Below, in pieces: positions 7,446 through 15,492 of a DNA stretch of 64,000 nt. Origin of the DNA: an uncultured Chthonomonadaceae bacterium (GTDB taxonomy: Bacteria > Armatimonadota > Chthonomonadetes > Chthonomonadales > CAJBBX01); assembly GCA_964519955.1 (NCBI GenBank), contig CAZFLM010000013.1, positions 33,238 through 97,237 on the forward strand. Direction: 5' to 3'. The position numbers and the translations under genes are program-made. A model generated the notes under the pieces. That model was not told where the DNA came from. It did not search any database and saw nothing but the letters and a program-made list of their open reading frames with translations. Position 1 is the stretch's first letter, and each line of letters opens with the position of its first letter.

Positions 7446-9533
7446 ATGAACTCGCATACTCACTACGAGATACTCGGACTGCGCGAAACCGCGACGGCCG
7501 AGGACATCAAGAAGCGCTACCACGACCTGGCGCGCCGGTTCCATCCGGACGTCGCGGGCACGGGCAACGCGACGCGTTTTCGCGCCATCCAGGATGCGTA
7601 CGCCGTCCTGTCGGACCCGGCTGCGCGCCAATCCTACGATGCAACGCTCCCAAAGGCTGGTCGTCCTGCGGCCGGCCCATCGAGCGCAACCGCCACCGCC
7701 GCGCCTCCAACGCACCCCGGTGCATCGCCGCATGAGCCGCAGGTCGACGACGTCATCGCCGGCAAGTACCGCATCCTGCGCGAGATCGCCCGCTCCAACG
7801 ATGTCGTCTACGAGGCCGTGGACCAGACGATGGGACGCCGCCTCGCGGTGAAGGAGTTGGTCCTTCCCGGCAACCTGACGGGGACAGCGCGGCGCGAGCG
7901 GATCGAACGGTTCAACCGGGAAGCCCGGGCCGCGGGCCGTCTCTCGCATCCGAACATCGTCACCGTGTACGACTATGGCGAGGACAACGGCCGGTACTTC
8001 ATCGCGATGGAGTACCTGGAGGGCGGCACGCTGCGCGACCGGATACAGGGCGGCACGAGCCTCCCGCCGGACGAGGCCATCGGCATCGCGTGCCAGGTGC
8101 TGGGCGCCCTCACCCACGCCCACGCGCACAAAGTCGTCCACCGCGACGTGAAGCCGGACAACATCCACATCCAGCCGGACGGCCAGGTGAAGCTGACGGA
8201 CTTCGGCATCGCGCGCCTCACGGAGGAAGCCTCGCTCACCGGCGACGGCCAGGTGTTCGGCACGCCGAGCTACATGTCGCCCGAGCAGATCGAGGGGCGT
8301 GGCATCGACCTGCGCTCCGACCTCTTTTCGCTGGGCGTCGTGCTCTACGAGATGCTGAGCGGGCACAAGCCGTTCACCGGCGACAGCGTCGTCAGCATCA
8401 CGTACAACATCATGCACGCCGAGCCGCCGCCGATGACCGGCATGTCGTTCGCCGTCGAGCAGGTCGTGATGCGCTCCCTGTGCAAGGACCCGCACGGCCG
8501 GTTCCAGTCCGCCGAGGAGATGCGCCGGGCGCTGCGGACGGCCGACACCACGCCCGCCCTGTTCCTCACCAGCTCGATGAACACGGGCGGCACGCTCTAC
8601 GGGCAGACGGCCGCCGTGCCGTACACCATGGGGACGCCGGGCACGATCACGGGCGGCTACGGCATGCCGAGTTCGCCGCCCGTCGGCGGGCCATTCGGCG
8701 CTCCGCAGCACCCCGCCCCGGCGCCGCAGGCCGGACCGTTCGCGACGTGGGGACAGCCGCCGGCGCCAGCCCCGCCGCCGCCACCGGGCTTCGGCAGGCA
8801 GCGCGCCCCTCGGCGCGCCGTCGGGCCCGGCACGCGCGCGTTCTTCTCCGTGCTGATGGCCAGCCTGGTCATCTCCGGCGTGGTCATCGGCTTCATGCTG
8901 CTGTTCGTGCGCTCCTACAGCCAGTACCAGACGCAGGCGGGCCAGCGCAAGCTGATGGCCACGCTGAACAGCGGCTCCGAGCGGTACAACGTCGGCGATC
9001 TCGACGGCGCCGCCTCGGCCTTCGACACCGTGCTCCGGCAGGATCGCGACGGAACCGCCGGGCGCATCGCGCGAACCAACCTCGCCATCACACTCAACAA
9101 GATGGGCAAGCTGGCCTACGAGCGGGGCGACCTGCGCCGCGCCGAGGAGTACTTCGGCAGGGCTCAGGACCTGTACGCCAATCCGAACGACGTGATGGGC
9201 GACAAGGACCAGGAGGCCCTGGATACCGCGCGCCAGAACCTGCAAGCCACCTACAACCGCCTGGGCGTGCGAGCGGACGCGTCGGGGGGCGGCGACAGCG
9301 GGCCACCGGGTCTTTCGGGTGGCGTGTCGTCGGGCGATACGGACGCCAGCCTCCGGCAGCGCATGGGCCAGGCGCAGTCCTCCCTACAGGCCGGCAACCA
9401 GGCCTATCAGCAGGGTAACATGGAGCAGGCCCGCAAGCAATGGCTCGATGCGGTCAATGCTGCTCCCGGATCTCCGGCCGCGCTCGAAGCCCAGCAGAAC
9501 CTCGACAGAACGTCCAACTCGCTCGAAGAGTAG
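7446..9533 (+). CDS. J-domain / Hanks-type Ser/Thr kinase / TM / TPR fusion protein
   Basis: 695-aa ORF. The N-terminal J domain reads YEILGLRETATAEDIKKRYHDLARRFHPDV..AYAVLSDPAARQSYD. The kinase core shows AVKEL, HRDVKPDNIHI, DFGIAR and GTPSYMSPEQ. A Pro-rich linker follows, then one TM segment (FFSVLMASLVISGVVIGFMLLFV) and a TPR-like C-terminal region. Confidence 0.85.
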   Translation: MNSHTHYEILGLRETATAEDIKKRYHDLARRFHPDVAGTGNATRFRAIQDAYAVLSDPAARQSYDATLPKAGRPAAGPSSATATAAPPTHPGASPHEPQVDDVIAGKYRILREIARSNDVVYEAVDQTMGRRLAVKELVLPGNLTGTARRERIERFNREARAAGRLSHPNIVTVYDYGEDNGRYFIAMEYLEGGTLRDRIQGGTSLPPDEAIGIACQVLGALTHAHAHKVVHRDVKPDNIHIQPDGQVKLTDFGIARLTEEASLTGDGQVFGTPSYMSPEQIEGRGIDLRSDLFSLGVVLYEMLSGHKPFTGDSVVSITYNIMHAEPPPMTGMSFAVEQVVMRSLCKDPHGRFQSAEEMRRALRTADTTPALFLTSSMNTGGTLYGQTAAVPYTMGTPGTITGGYGMPSSPPVGGPFGAPQHPAPAPQAGPFATWGQPPAPAPPPPPGFGRQRAPRRAVGPGTRAFFSVLMASLVISGVVIGFMLLFVRSYSQYQTQAGQRKLMATLNSGSERYNVGDLDGAASAFDTVLRQDRDGTAGRIARTNLAITLNKMGKLAYERGDLRRAEEYFGRAQDLYANPNDVMGDKDQEALDTARQNLQATYNRLGVRADASGGGDSGPPGLSGGVSSGDTDASLRQRMGQAQSSLQAGNQAYQQGNMEQARKQWLDAVNAAPGSPAALEAQQNLDRTSNSLEE

Positions 9534-9578
9534 GCACGCCGCTTCCACTCAGAAGTCCGCCAGGAAGGAGCCGCACCC

Positions 9579-10712
9579 GTGCGTCGACGTCCCTCCCCCA
9601 AGCCGCGCCGCGCCACCGCGCCCGCCGAGATCCCCGAGGTCCAGATCCTTCTCAAGCAGGGCGACGTCGCCGCCGCCAACTCGCTCCTGCGGATAGCGAC
9701 CGGCGACGACCGCGCGGCCGCGAAGGCAGCCCGCGCCGCCCTCTACACGCTCAGACAAGCGGGGATCGAGCCGGAGCCGGTGGAGGCGCCCGTGGAACCC
9801 GCGGAACCCGCGCCCGCGGACACCGAGCACCGCAGCTACCGTGCCTGGGCGTGCCATCCGAGCCCGCACGGCGACATCGTGGTCATCTTCGGCACACCCG
9901 TCTCTCGGGGCAGGCGCATCCAGCTCTGGACGGCGGAGGCAACCCTGTTCGGCGGGCTGGCCGATCTGACGCACGCATCGCTGACGGCGGAGGAGTTCGA
10001 TCGCCATCTGGCCGAGATGGCGCTGGACGACGAGGCGCCCCTCTACGAGACGACGGTGGAGCACGCGAAGGCGCTCGTCGTCGAGGCGAACGAGGTGGCG
10101 CGGAAGCGTGGGTCGCTGACCCCGACGGGCTACTACGAGTGGCGCGGCGACGTGGGCGAAGGCGGCTCCGGCGCGCGGCCCCGCATCTACGACCTGCTGG
10201 ATGCCGACGCCGTGGTGGCCGACCTGGGCCTGCCCCGCGATCCGGAGAGCGCGCTGGACAACAAGCGGCGGGTCACCTGGATGCTCAATCCGGACACCGT
10301 GGGACCGTGGCTCAAGCCGGTCGCGGAGGCCGTGCACAGCCCGGTGGCGATCGACGACTCCCAGCGCAAGAGGATGGCCGAGCGTGTGTTCGAGGAGGCC
10401 GCCGACGCGATCTTCGATGCAGATGCCCGCCGAGCCTGGAGGCGTATGCTCGAGGAGAGCGCCGCCGCCCTGGCCGTTCTGGGCGAGGACGAAGCCGCCC
10501 GGCAGGGCCTCTACCACGCGCTGCAGTTCGACGACCGGCCGGCGCGCGACATCCCGATGGCCATGCACCTCGTCCGCCGCACCGTGGGCGTGGTGATGAC
10601 CTATCTGCTCCGTGAGGAACGCAGGGCCCGCGGCGAGACCGTCGAGGCTGACGATGAGGCGCCACCCGAGGACGACCAGCCGGAGCCGCCGAGCCTGATC
10701 GAGCGGGCGTAG
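9579..10712 (+). CDS. Hypothetical protein (acidic, helical), last gene of the FHA/kinase array
   Basis: 377-aa ORF. GGAAGGAG lies 7 nt upstream of the GTG at 9579, which is 45 nt after the kinase stop. I recognised no domain. Composition is more protein-like than the antisense ORF 9549..10937. Confidence 0.55.
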   Translation: MRRRPSPKPRRATAPAEIPEVQILLKQGDVAAANSLLRIATGDDRAAAKAARAALYTLRQAGIEPEPVEAPVEPAEPAPADTEHRSYRAWACHPSPHGDIVVIFGTPVSRGRRIQLWTAEATLFGGLADLTHASLTAEEFDRHLAEMALDDEAPLYETTVEHAKALVVEANEVARKRGSLTPTGYYEWRGDVGEGGSGARPRIYDLLDADAVVADLGLPRDPESALDNKRRVTWMLNPDTVGPWLKPVAEAVHSPVAIDDSQRKRMAERVFEEAADAIFDADARRAWRRMLEESAAALAVLGEDEAARQGLYHALQFDDRPARDIPMAMHLVRRTVGVVMTYLLREERRARGETVEADDEAPPEDDQPEPPSLIERA

Positions 10713-10741
10713 GTCTGCCGCGACCTTCCAGGCCGGCGATA

Positions 10742-10806
10742 ACGTAACGATGCTACAAATCGGTCGGAGGATTCCGGCGCGCTGCCGTCGTACATAATCG
10801 TTACAT
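10742..10806 (+). promoter_or_regulatory. AT-richer patch with inverted repeat upstream of pntAA (candidate promoter/operator)
   Basis: ACGTAACGAT (10742-10751) and ATCGTTACAT (10797-10806) are 9/10 complementary. TACAAA and CATAAT (-10-like hexamers) lie inside this locally AT-rich stretch. The pntAA GTG is at 10830. Confidence 0.3.
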
Positions 10807-10829
10807 CCCACCCATCGGAGGGCGGCAGA

Positions 10830-12005
10830 GTGCTGGTTGGTGTTCCGGCGGAAACGTATCCTGGCGAGAAGCGGGCCGCGTTGGTTCCCGCATCCTTGGC
10901 GGCGCTGAAGAAGGCCAAGATCGACGTGGCGGTGCAAGCCGGGCTCGGTCTGGCCGCGGGCTACACGGACGCTGCCTACGCCGAAGCAGGCGCCGAGGTC
11001 GTGGCGGACCGCGCCGAGATCCTGCGCCGCTCCGACGTACTGCTGCAGGTGCGCGCGCTCGGAGCGGACGCCGACGGGCTCGCCGCCGACCTGCCGAACC
11101 TGCGCGCCGGGCGAGTCGTCATCGCCACGATGGACCCGCTCTCCGAGCCGCAGCCCGCCACCAAGGCGGCCGAGGCCGGGGTGACCGCATTCGCGCTGGA
11201 GCTGCTTCCCCGCATCACCCGCGCGCAGTCGATGGACGTGCTCTCCAGCCAGGCCAACCTCGCCGGCTACAAGGCCGTGATCATCGCGGCCGACTCGCTA
11301 GCCAAGCTCCTCCCGATGATGATGACCGCCGCCGGCACCATCGCGCCCTCGAAGGTCTTCGTCATCGGCGCGGGCGTCGCGGGGCTCCAGGCCATCGCCA
11401 CGGCCCGGCGCCTCGGCGCGGTGGTCAGCGCCTACGACGTGCGCCCCGCGGTGAAGGAGCAGGTCGAGAGCCTGGGCGGCCGGTTCGTCGAGCTGGAGAT
11501 CGAGGCCGGCGACTCGCAGACCTCGGGCGGCTACGCGAAGGCCATGGGCGAGGAGTTCTACCGCAAACAGGCCGAGCTGATGACGCGGGTGGTCGCCGAG
11601 AACGACGTGGTCATCACCACCGCCGCCATCCCGGGCCAGAAGGCGCCCACGCTCGTGACCAAGGCGATGGTCGAGGCGATGCAGCCCGGCGCCATCGTGG
11701 TGGACATCGCGGCGGAGCGCGGCGGCAACTGCGAGTTGACCGTGCCGGGCGAGACCATCGACCACAACGGCGTGACGATCGTGGGTCCGCTGAACCTGCC
11801 CTCCACGGTCCCGTTCCACGCCAGCCAGCTCTACGCCAAGAACATCGTGACGTTCCTGCTGCACCTGGTGAAGGACGGCGCGCTGAACATCGACACGGCC
11901 GACGAGATCACCCGCGACACGCTGGTGACGCAGGGCGGCCAGGTCGTGAACGCCCGGGTGCGCGAGAAGCTGGGCCTGGAGCCGCTGCCCGCACCGGGGG
12001 CCTAG
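10830..12005 (+). CDS. pntAA: NAD(P) transhydrogenase subunit alpha part 1
   Basis: 391-aa ORF with GGAGGG 7 nt upstream of the GTG. It has the alanine-dehydrogenase-like fold motifs: VIGAGVAGLQAIATARRLGA, TTAAIPGQKAP. Confidence 0.9.
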   Translation: MLVGVPAETYPGEKRAALVPASLAALKKAKIDVAVQAGLGLAAGYTDAAYAEAGAEVVADRAEILRRSDVLLQVRALGADADGLAADLPNLRAGRVVIATMDPLSEPQPATKAAEAGVTAFALELLPRITRAQSMDVLSSQANLAGYKAVIIAADSLAKLLPMMMTAAGTIAPSKVFVIGAGVAGLQAIATARRLGAVVSAYDVRPAVKEQVESLGGRFVELEIEAGDSQTSGGYAKAMGEEFYRKQAELMTRVVAENDVVITTAAIPGQKAPTLVTKAMVEAMQPGAIVVDIAAERGGNCELTVPGETIDHNGVTIVGPLNLPSTVPFHASQLYAKNIVTFLLHLVKDGALNIDTADEITRDTLVTQGGQVVNARVREKLGLEPLPAPGA

Positions 12006-12128
12006 GACCCGGCGCGCCGCGGAGGGCGCGCCCCACAGGCCGGTTGCAGCGCCGTGGGCCGATCGTAGGGCAGGGCCTCCGCACCCCGCCGGGGGCGTTC
12101 GGCGCCCAACCATAACAAGGATTGCTGG

Positions 12129-12422
12129 ATGGATTCCCTGATCGCTAGTCTCTACGTGTTCGTGTTGGCAACCTTCCTCGGCTTCGAGGTCATCCGCCGC
12201 GTGTCGCCGCTGCTGCACACGCCGCTGATGTCGCTCACGAACGCGATCTCCGCCATCAGCCTCGTCGGGTCCATCGTGATCCTCGGCGAGCAGAAGAGCA
12301 CGCTGACGATGGTCCTCGGCGCGCTGGCGGTCACCGCCTCCACCATCAACGTGGTCAGCGGCTTCCTCATCACCGACCGCATGCTCAAGATGTTCAAGAA
12401 GCGCGACCCGAAGAAGTCGTAG
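12129..12422 (+). CDS. pntAB: NAD(P) transhydrogenase subunit alpha part 2 (membrane)
   Basis: 97-aa hydrophobic ORF (LHTPLMSLTNAISAISLVGSI) lying between pntAA and pntB. Confidence 0.9.
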   Translation: MDSLIASLYVFVLATFLGFEVIRRVSPLLHTPLMSLTNAISAISLVGSIVILGEQKSTLTMVLGALAVTASTINVVSGFLITDRMLKMFKKRDPKKS

Positions 12423-12443
12423 CCCAACGGAGCCATCAACCCC

Positions 12444-13838
12444 GTGCAACAGACCTTCACCCAGATAGCCTATCTGATCGCCTCCGCTCTCTTCGTGCTC
12501 GCCCTGAAGTGGCTGAGCGCGCCGGCCACCGCTCGCAAGGGCGTATGGGCTGGCGAGATCGGCATGGTCCTCGCGATCGTCGGCACGCTCCTGCTGCCGG
12601 AGATCGTCGCGTTCCACTGGATCATCGTCACGATCCTCATCGGCACGGCCATCGGCATCCCCATCGCCATCCTGATGCCGATGACGGCCGTCCCGCAGCG
12701 GACCGCGCTGTCGCACTCGTTCGGCGGCCTGGCCGTGGGCCTCGTCGGCGCGGCGGAGTACTACCTCTGGCTCTCCGAGGGCGCCGCCTCGATCTCCCAC
12801 TTCAAGATGGGCGTCGTCTCGTTCGAGGTCATCCTGGGCTTCCTCACGTTCACCGGCTCGCTGATGGCGTTCGGCAAGCTGCAGGAGCTGCTGCCCACCC
12901 GGCCGATCACGTACAAGGGCCAGAACTTCGTCAACTTCGTGCTGTTCGGGATCGCCCTGGCGGCCGGCGTGTGGCTGACCATCGATCCCTCGCAGTCGCT
13001 GCTCTTCCCACTGCTGATCGCGCTCTCGCTGACATTCGGCGTGCTGCTGATTATCCCGATCGGCGGGGCCGACATGCCGACGGTCATCTCCCTGCTGAAC
13101 TCCTACGCCGGGCTCTCCGCCTGCGCGATGGGCTTCGTGCTGGAGAACAAGCTGCTGATCATCGCCGGCGCCCTGGACGGCTCGTCCGGGTTCATTCTCT
13201 CGGTCATCATGTGCAAGGCGATGAACCGGTCCTTCACCAACGTGCTGTTCGGCGCGTTCGGCCAGGTCCAGCAGAAGGCGATCGGCGCAAAGGAGGAGCG
13301 GACGGTCCGCAGCGCGAGCCCGGAGGAAGCCGCCGCGATCCTGGAGACCTCGCAGACCGTCGTGGTGGTGCCGGGCTACGGCATGGCGGTCGCCCAGGCC
13401 CAGCACAAGGTGCGCGAGCTGTACGACGCCCTCACGAAGCGCGGCGTGGACGTGAAGTTCGGCATCCACCCGGTCGCGGGACGCATGCCGGGCCACATGA
13501 ACGTGCTGCTGGCCGAGGCCGACATCCCCTACGACCACCTGCTCGAGATGGACGAGATCAACCCCGAGCTGCCGCACACCGACACGGTGCTCATCATCGG
13601 CGCCAACGACGTGACCAACCCGGCGGCGCGCACGGACCAGAGCAGCCCGATCTACGGCATGCCGATCATCGACGTCGACAAGGCGCGCACGGTGATGGTG
13701 ATCAAGCGGAGCATGAGTTCCGGCTTCGCGGGCATCGACAACGAGCTGTACTACATGGACCGCACCATGATGCTCTTCGGCGACGCCAAGGCGTTCGTCG
13801 GCGAGATCGTCAAGGAACTGGCGGCCAACAAGGACTGA
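12444..13838 (+). CDS. pntB: NAD(P) transhydrogenase subunit beta
   Basis: 464-aa ORF with a polytopic N-terminal half. The C-terminal dIII motifs are VVVPGYGMAVAQAQ, HPVAGRMPGHMNVLLAEA and GANDVTNPAA. Confidence 0.9.
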   Translation: MQQTFTQIAYLIASALFVLALKWLSAPATARKGVWAGEIGMVLAIVGTLLLPEIVAFHWIIVTILIGTAIGIPIAILMPMTAVPQRTALSHSFGGLAVGLVGAAEYYLWLSEGAASISHFKMGVVSFEVILGFLTFTGSLMAFGKLQELLPTRPITYKGQNFVNFVLFGIALAAGVWLTIDPSQSLLFPLLIALSLTFGVLLIIPIGGADMPTVISLLNSYAGLSACAMGFVLENKLLIIAGALDGSSGFILSVIMCKAMNRSFTNVLFGAFGQVQQKAIGAKEERTVRSASPEEAAAILETSQTVVVVPGYGMAVAQAQHKVRELYDALTKRGVDVKFGIHPVAGRMPGHMNVLLAEADIPYDHLLEMDEINPELPHTDTVLIIGANDVTNPAARTDQSSPIYGMPIIDVDKARTVMVIKRSMSSGFAGIDNELYYMDRTMMLFGDAKAFVGEIVKELAANKD

Positions 13839-13839
13839 C

Positions 13840-13931
13840 GGGACTTGGGACTTGGGGGTTGGGGCTGGCGCCCAGCCCCAAGTCCCAACCCCCAAGTCCC
13901 AAGTCCATCCCCCATCCCCCAACCCCCGCCC
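13840..13931. repeat. G-run repeat family copy A: long imperfect hairpin plus C-run tail, directly after the pntB stop
   Basis: GGGACTTGGGACTTGGGGGTTGGGGCTGG / CCAGCCCCAAGTCCCAACCCCCAAGTCCCAAGTCC form a stem of about 28 bp with one 7-nt bulge. The tail ATCCCCCATCCCCCAACCCCCGCCC follows. Confidence 0.65.
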
Positions 13932-14093
13932 TTCTGCCGTGCTCCGTGTGAAATGCTCCTCAAGCAAGCCGCGCACTCCCGAGGCGAGTGGTAGAACTAA
14001 CCACAGCTAAACAACGCTCTCTCGGGATGGCGCAGGCGCCACCTGACATAGCCGCCGACGAAGGTGGCCAGGGATAGGACAGGAGCACTTCTG

Positions 14094-14363
14094 ATGACAC
14101 AGGTAGTTGAGGTATCGACAGGAACGAGCGCATGCACGCAGGGCCGCGACGGCATCTGCGACTTGCGCAGCCTCGCGGACGACGCGTGCGAACGCTGTGC
14201 ACGGTTCGCGAGTCTGTTGGACACGGTCAATGAGCTGTACGGCGACACCGTCTGGGGCGTCACCCCCGAGGGCGTCCTGCAGGAGCTGGAGCGGCCCGCC
14301 GCCCTCCTGCTCCCCGAGCCCGGGGACCCGGGCTTCCCGCGGGAAGCGGCGCTGATCGCGTAG
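14094..14363 (+). CDS. Small hypothetical protein with four Cys
   Basis: This is the 3' part of ORF 14064..14363, with AGGAG about 8 nt before the ATG at 14094. The translation is MTQVVEVSTGTSACTQGRDGICDLRSLADDACERCARF... No family was recognised. A perfect hairpin follows the stop. Confidence 0.4.
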   Translation: MTQVVEVSTGTSACTQGRDGICDLRSLADDACERCARFASLLDTVNELYGDTVWGVTPEGVLQELERPAALLLPEPGDPGFPREAALIA

Positions 14364-14371
14364 GATTGACA

Positions 14372-14400
14372 CGGGCCGGGAGCGCGAAGCTCCCGGCCCG
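14372..14400 (+). terminator. 12-bp perfect GC hairpin after small ORF (no U-tract)
   Basis: CGGGCCGGGAGC (14372-14383) pairs with GCTCCCGGCCCG (14389-14400) across a 5-nt loop. Confidence 0.45.
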
Positions 14401-14441
14401 CGGCGTCTCTGGCGGGGCGACCCGATGCGCTACAATGGTGC

Positions 14442-15083
14442 GTGCCTCTTGGCAGACGAGAGGCCCGGAGGCGCCGCTTGCTGCAGTCACTGGACAACGC
14501 TCTCTTCGCCGTGCTGAACCAGGGCATGGGCAACCCCTTCCTCGATGCGGTCATGCCCGTCATCACCGGGCTGCACCACACCAAGTGGTTCCTCTGGGTC
14601 GTCGGGCTGTTCGCGGTGGCCGTGCTGGCCCGCGGATCGCGACGGGCGCGGGTGTGGGTGCTCTGCGCCATCGTCGCCGTCGGGCTGAGCGACCTGTTCT
14701 GCGCCCGCGTGGTGAAGCGCATCGTGCCGCGCGACCGCCCCTGCAGCATCGTCGCCGCCACGGGCGCCATGACCTACCCCGACACGCGGCTCGTCGGCAA
14801 CTGCCCGGGCTCCAAGTCGTTCCCCTCGAACCACGCGTCCAACATGATGGCGCTCGGCCTGGTCTGCTGCTGGTTCACGCGGGGCCGCAAGCGCTGGGCG
14901 TGGATGCTGCTGCCGCTGGTGGTGGGCTACAGCCGCGTGTACCTCGGCTACCACTACCCGCTGGACATGGTCGGCGGCTGGGCGGTGGGCGCGCTGGTGG
15001 GCGCCGCGGCCGTGCTGGCGCTGCGGGGCCTGGTGCGCGAGGATAAGCCAGGAACCGACCCGCCGGCCGAGGCGGCATCGTAG
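14442..15083 (+). CDS. PAP2-family phosphatase (undecaprenyl-diphosphatase-like membrane protein)
   Basis: 213-aa ORF carrying the PAP2 signature KRIVPRDRP ... PSNHASN ... SRVYLGYHYPLDMVGG. The start is uncertain: TACAAT lies only 5 nt upstream of the GTG at 14442. Confidence 0.8.
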   Translation: MPLGRREARRRRLLQSLDNALFAVLNQGMGNPFLDAVMPVITGLHHTKWFLWVVGLFAVAVLARGSRRARVWVLCAIVAVGLSDLFCARVVKRIVPRDRPCSIVAATGAMTYPDTRLVGNCPGSKSFPSNHASNMMALGLVCCWFTRGRKRWAWMLLPLVVGYSRVYLGYHYPLDMVGGWAVGALVGAAAVLALRGLVREDKPGTDPPAEAAS

Positions 15084-15111
15084 GCCGCGTCGCGCCGGGG
15101 CTGACATGGAC

Positions 15112-15141
15112 GGAGGCCGGGAGCAAACGCCCCCGGCCTCC
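15112..15141 (+). terminator. 10-bp GC hairpin downstream of PAP2 gene
   Basis: GGAGGCCGGG (15112-15121) pairs with CCCGGCCTCC (15132-15141). Confidence 0.4.
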
Positions 15142-15492
15142 TGGTGTATATGGACCGCCCTCGCGGACGGCGGCATCGCAGATAACCTGCACGGTACCTC
15201 GCCGGCCCCAATCACTACGCCCTCAAATGGCGCCCCTTCGTCGTCAGGCCGCGGCTCCCCCACCCAACCAGGCAGCCCGCCCTCAAGACCGGTAGAATAG
15301 GCCTCGCGCTATCCCGTCCAGCTCGTCAGAGTGTTCGGCGGAGTTTGCTCCATCCACCCTCCTTGCTCGAAGAGTGCTCTCCCGGAGGAAACCTCCCTCC
15401 CCATCTCAACGACACTGACATTGTTCCATCCCACGCGAGGATCCATCCCGTCACGGATACCGGTTCGTACGATGTGCCTGGCCGCCCGCGAG

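Noticed and set aside
7053-9245. 730-aa ORF antisense to kptA and the kinase gene
   Set aside because: No domain was recognised and the composition is biased. It overlaps two genes with strong homology signals.
1-9533. FHA/PP2C/kinase genes as the T6SS Fha-PpkA-PppA checkpoint or the fhaA-pstP-pknB division cluster
   Set aside because: No T6SS structural genes (TssB/C, Hcp, VgrG) and no rodA/pbpA/ftsW-like genes are present in the readable part. This cannot be excluded for the region upstream of the window.
11298-13976. 892-aa ORF antisense to pntAA/pntAB/pntB
   Set aside because: It spans three well-supported genes and their intergenic spacers. Its Asp/Arg/Gly/His-rich sequence has no motif.
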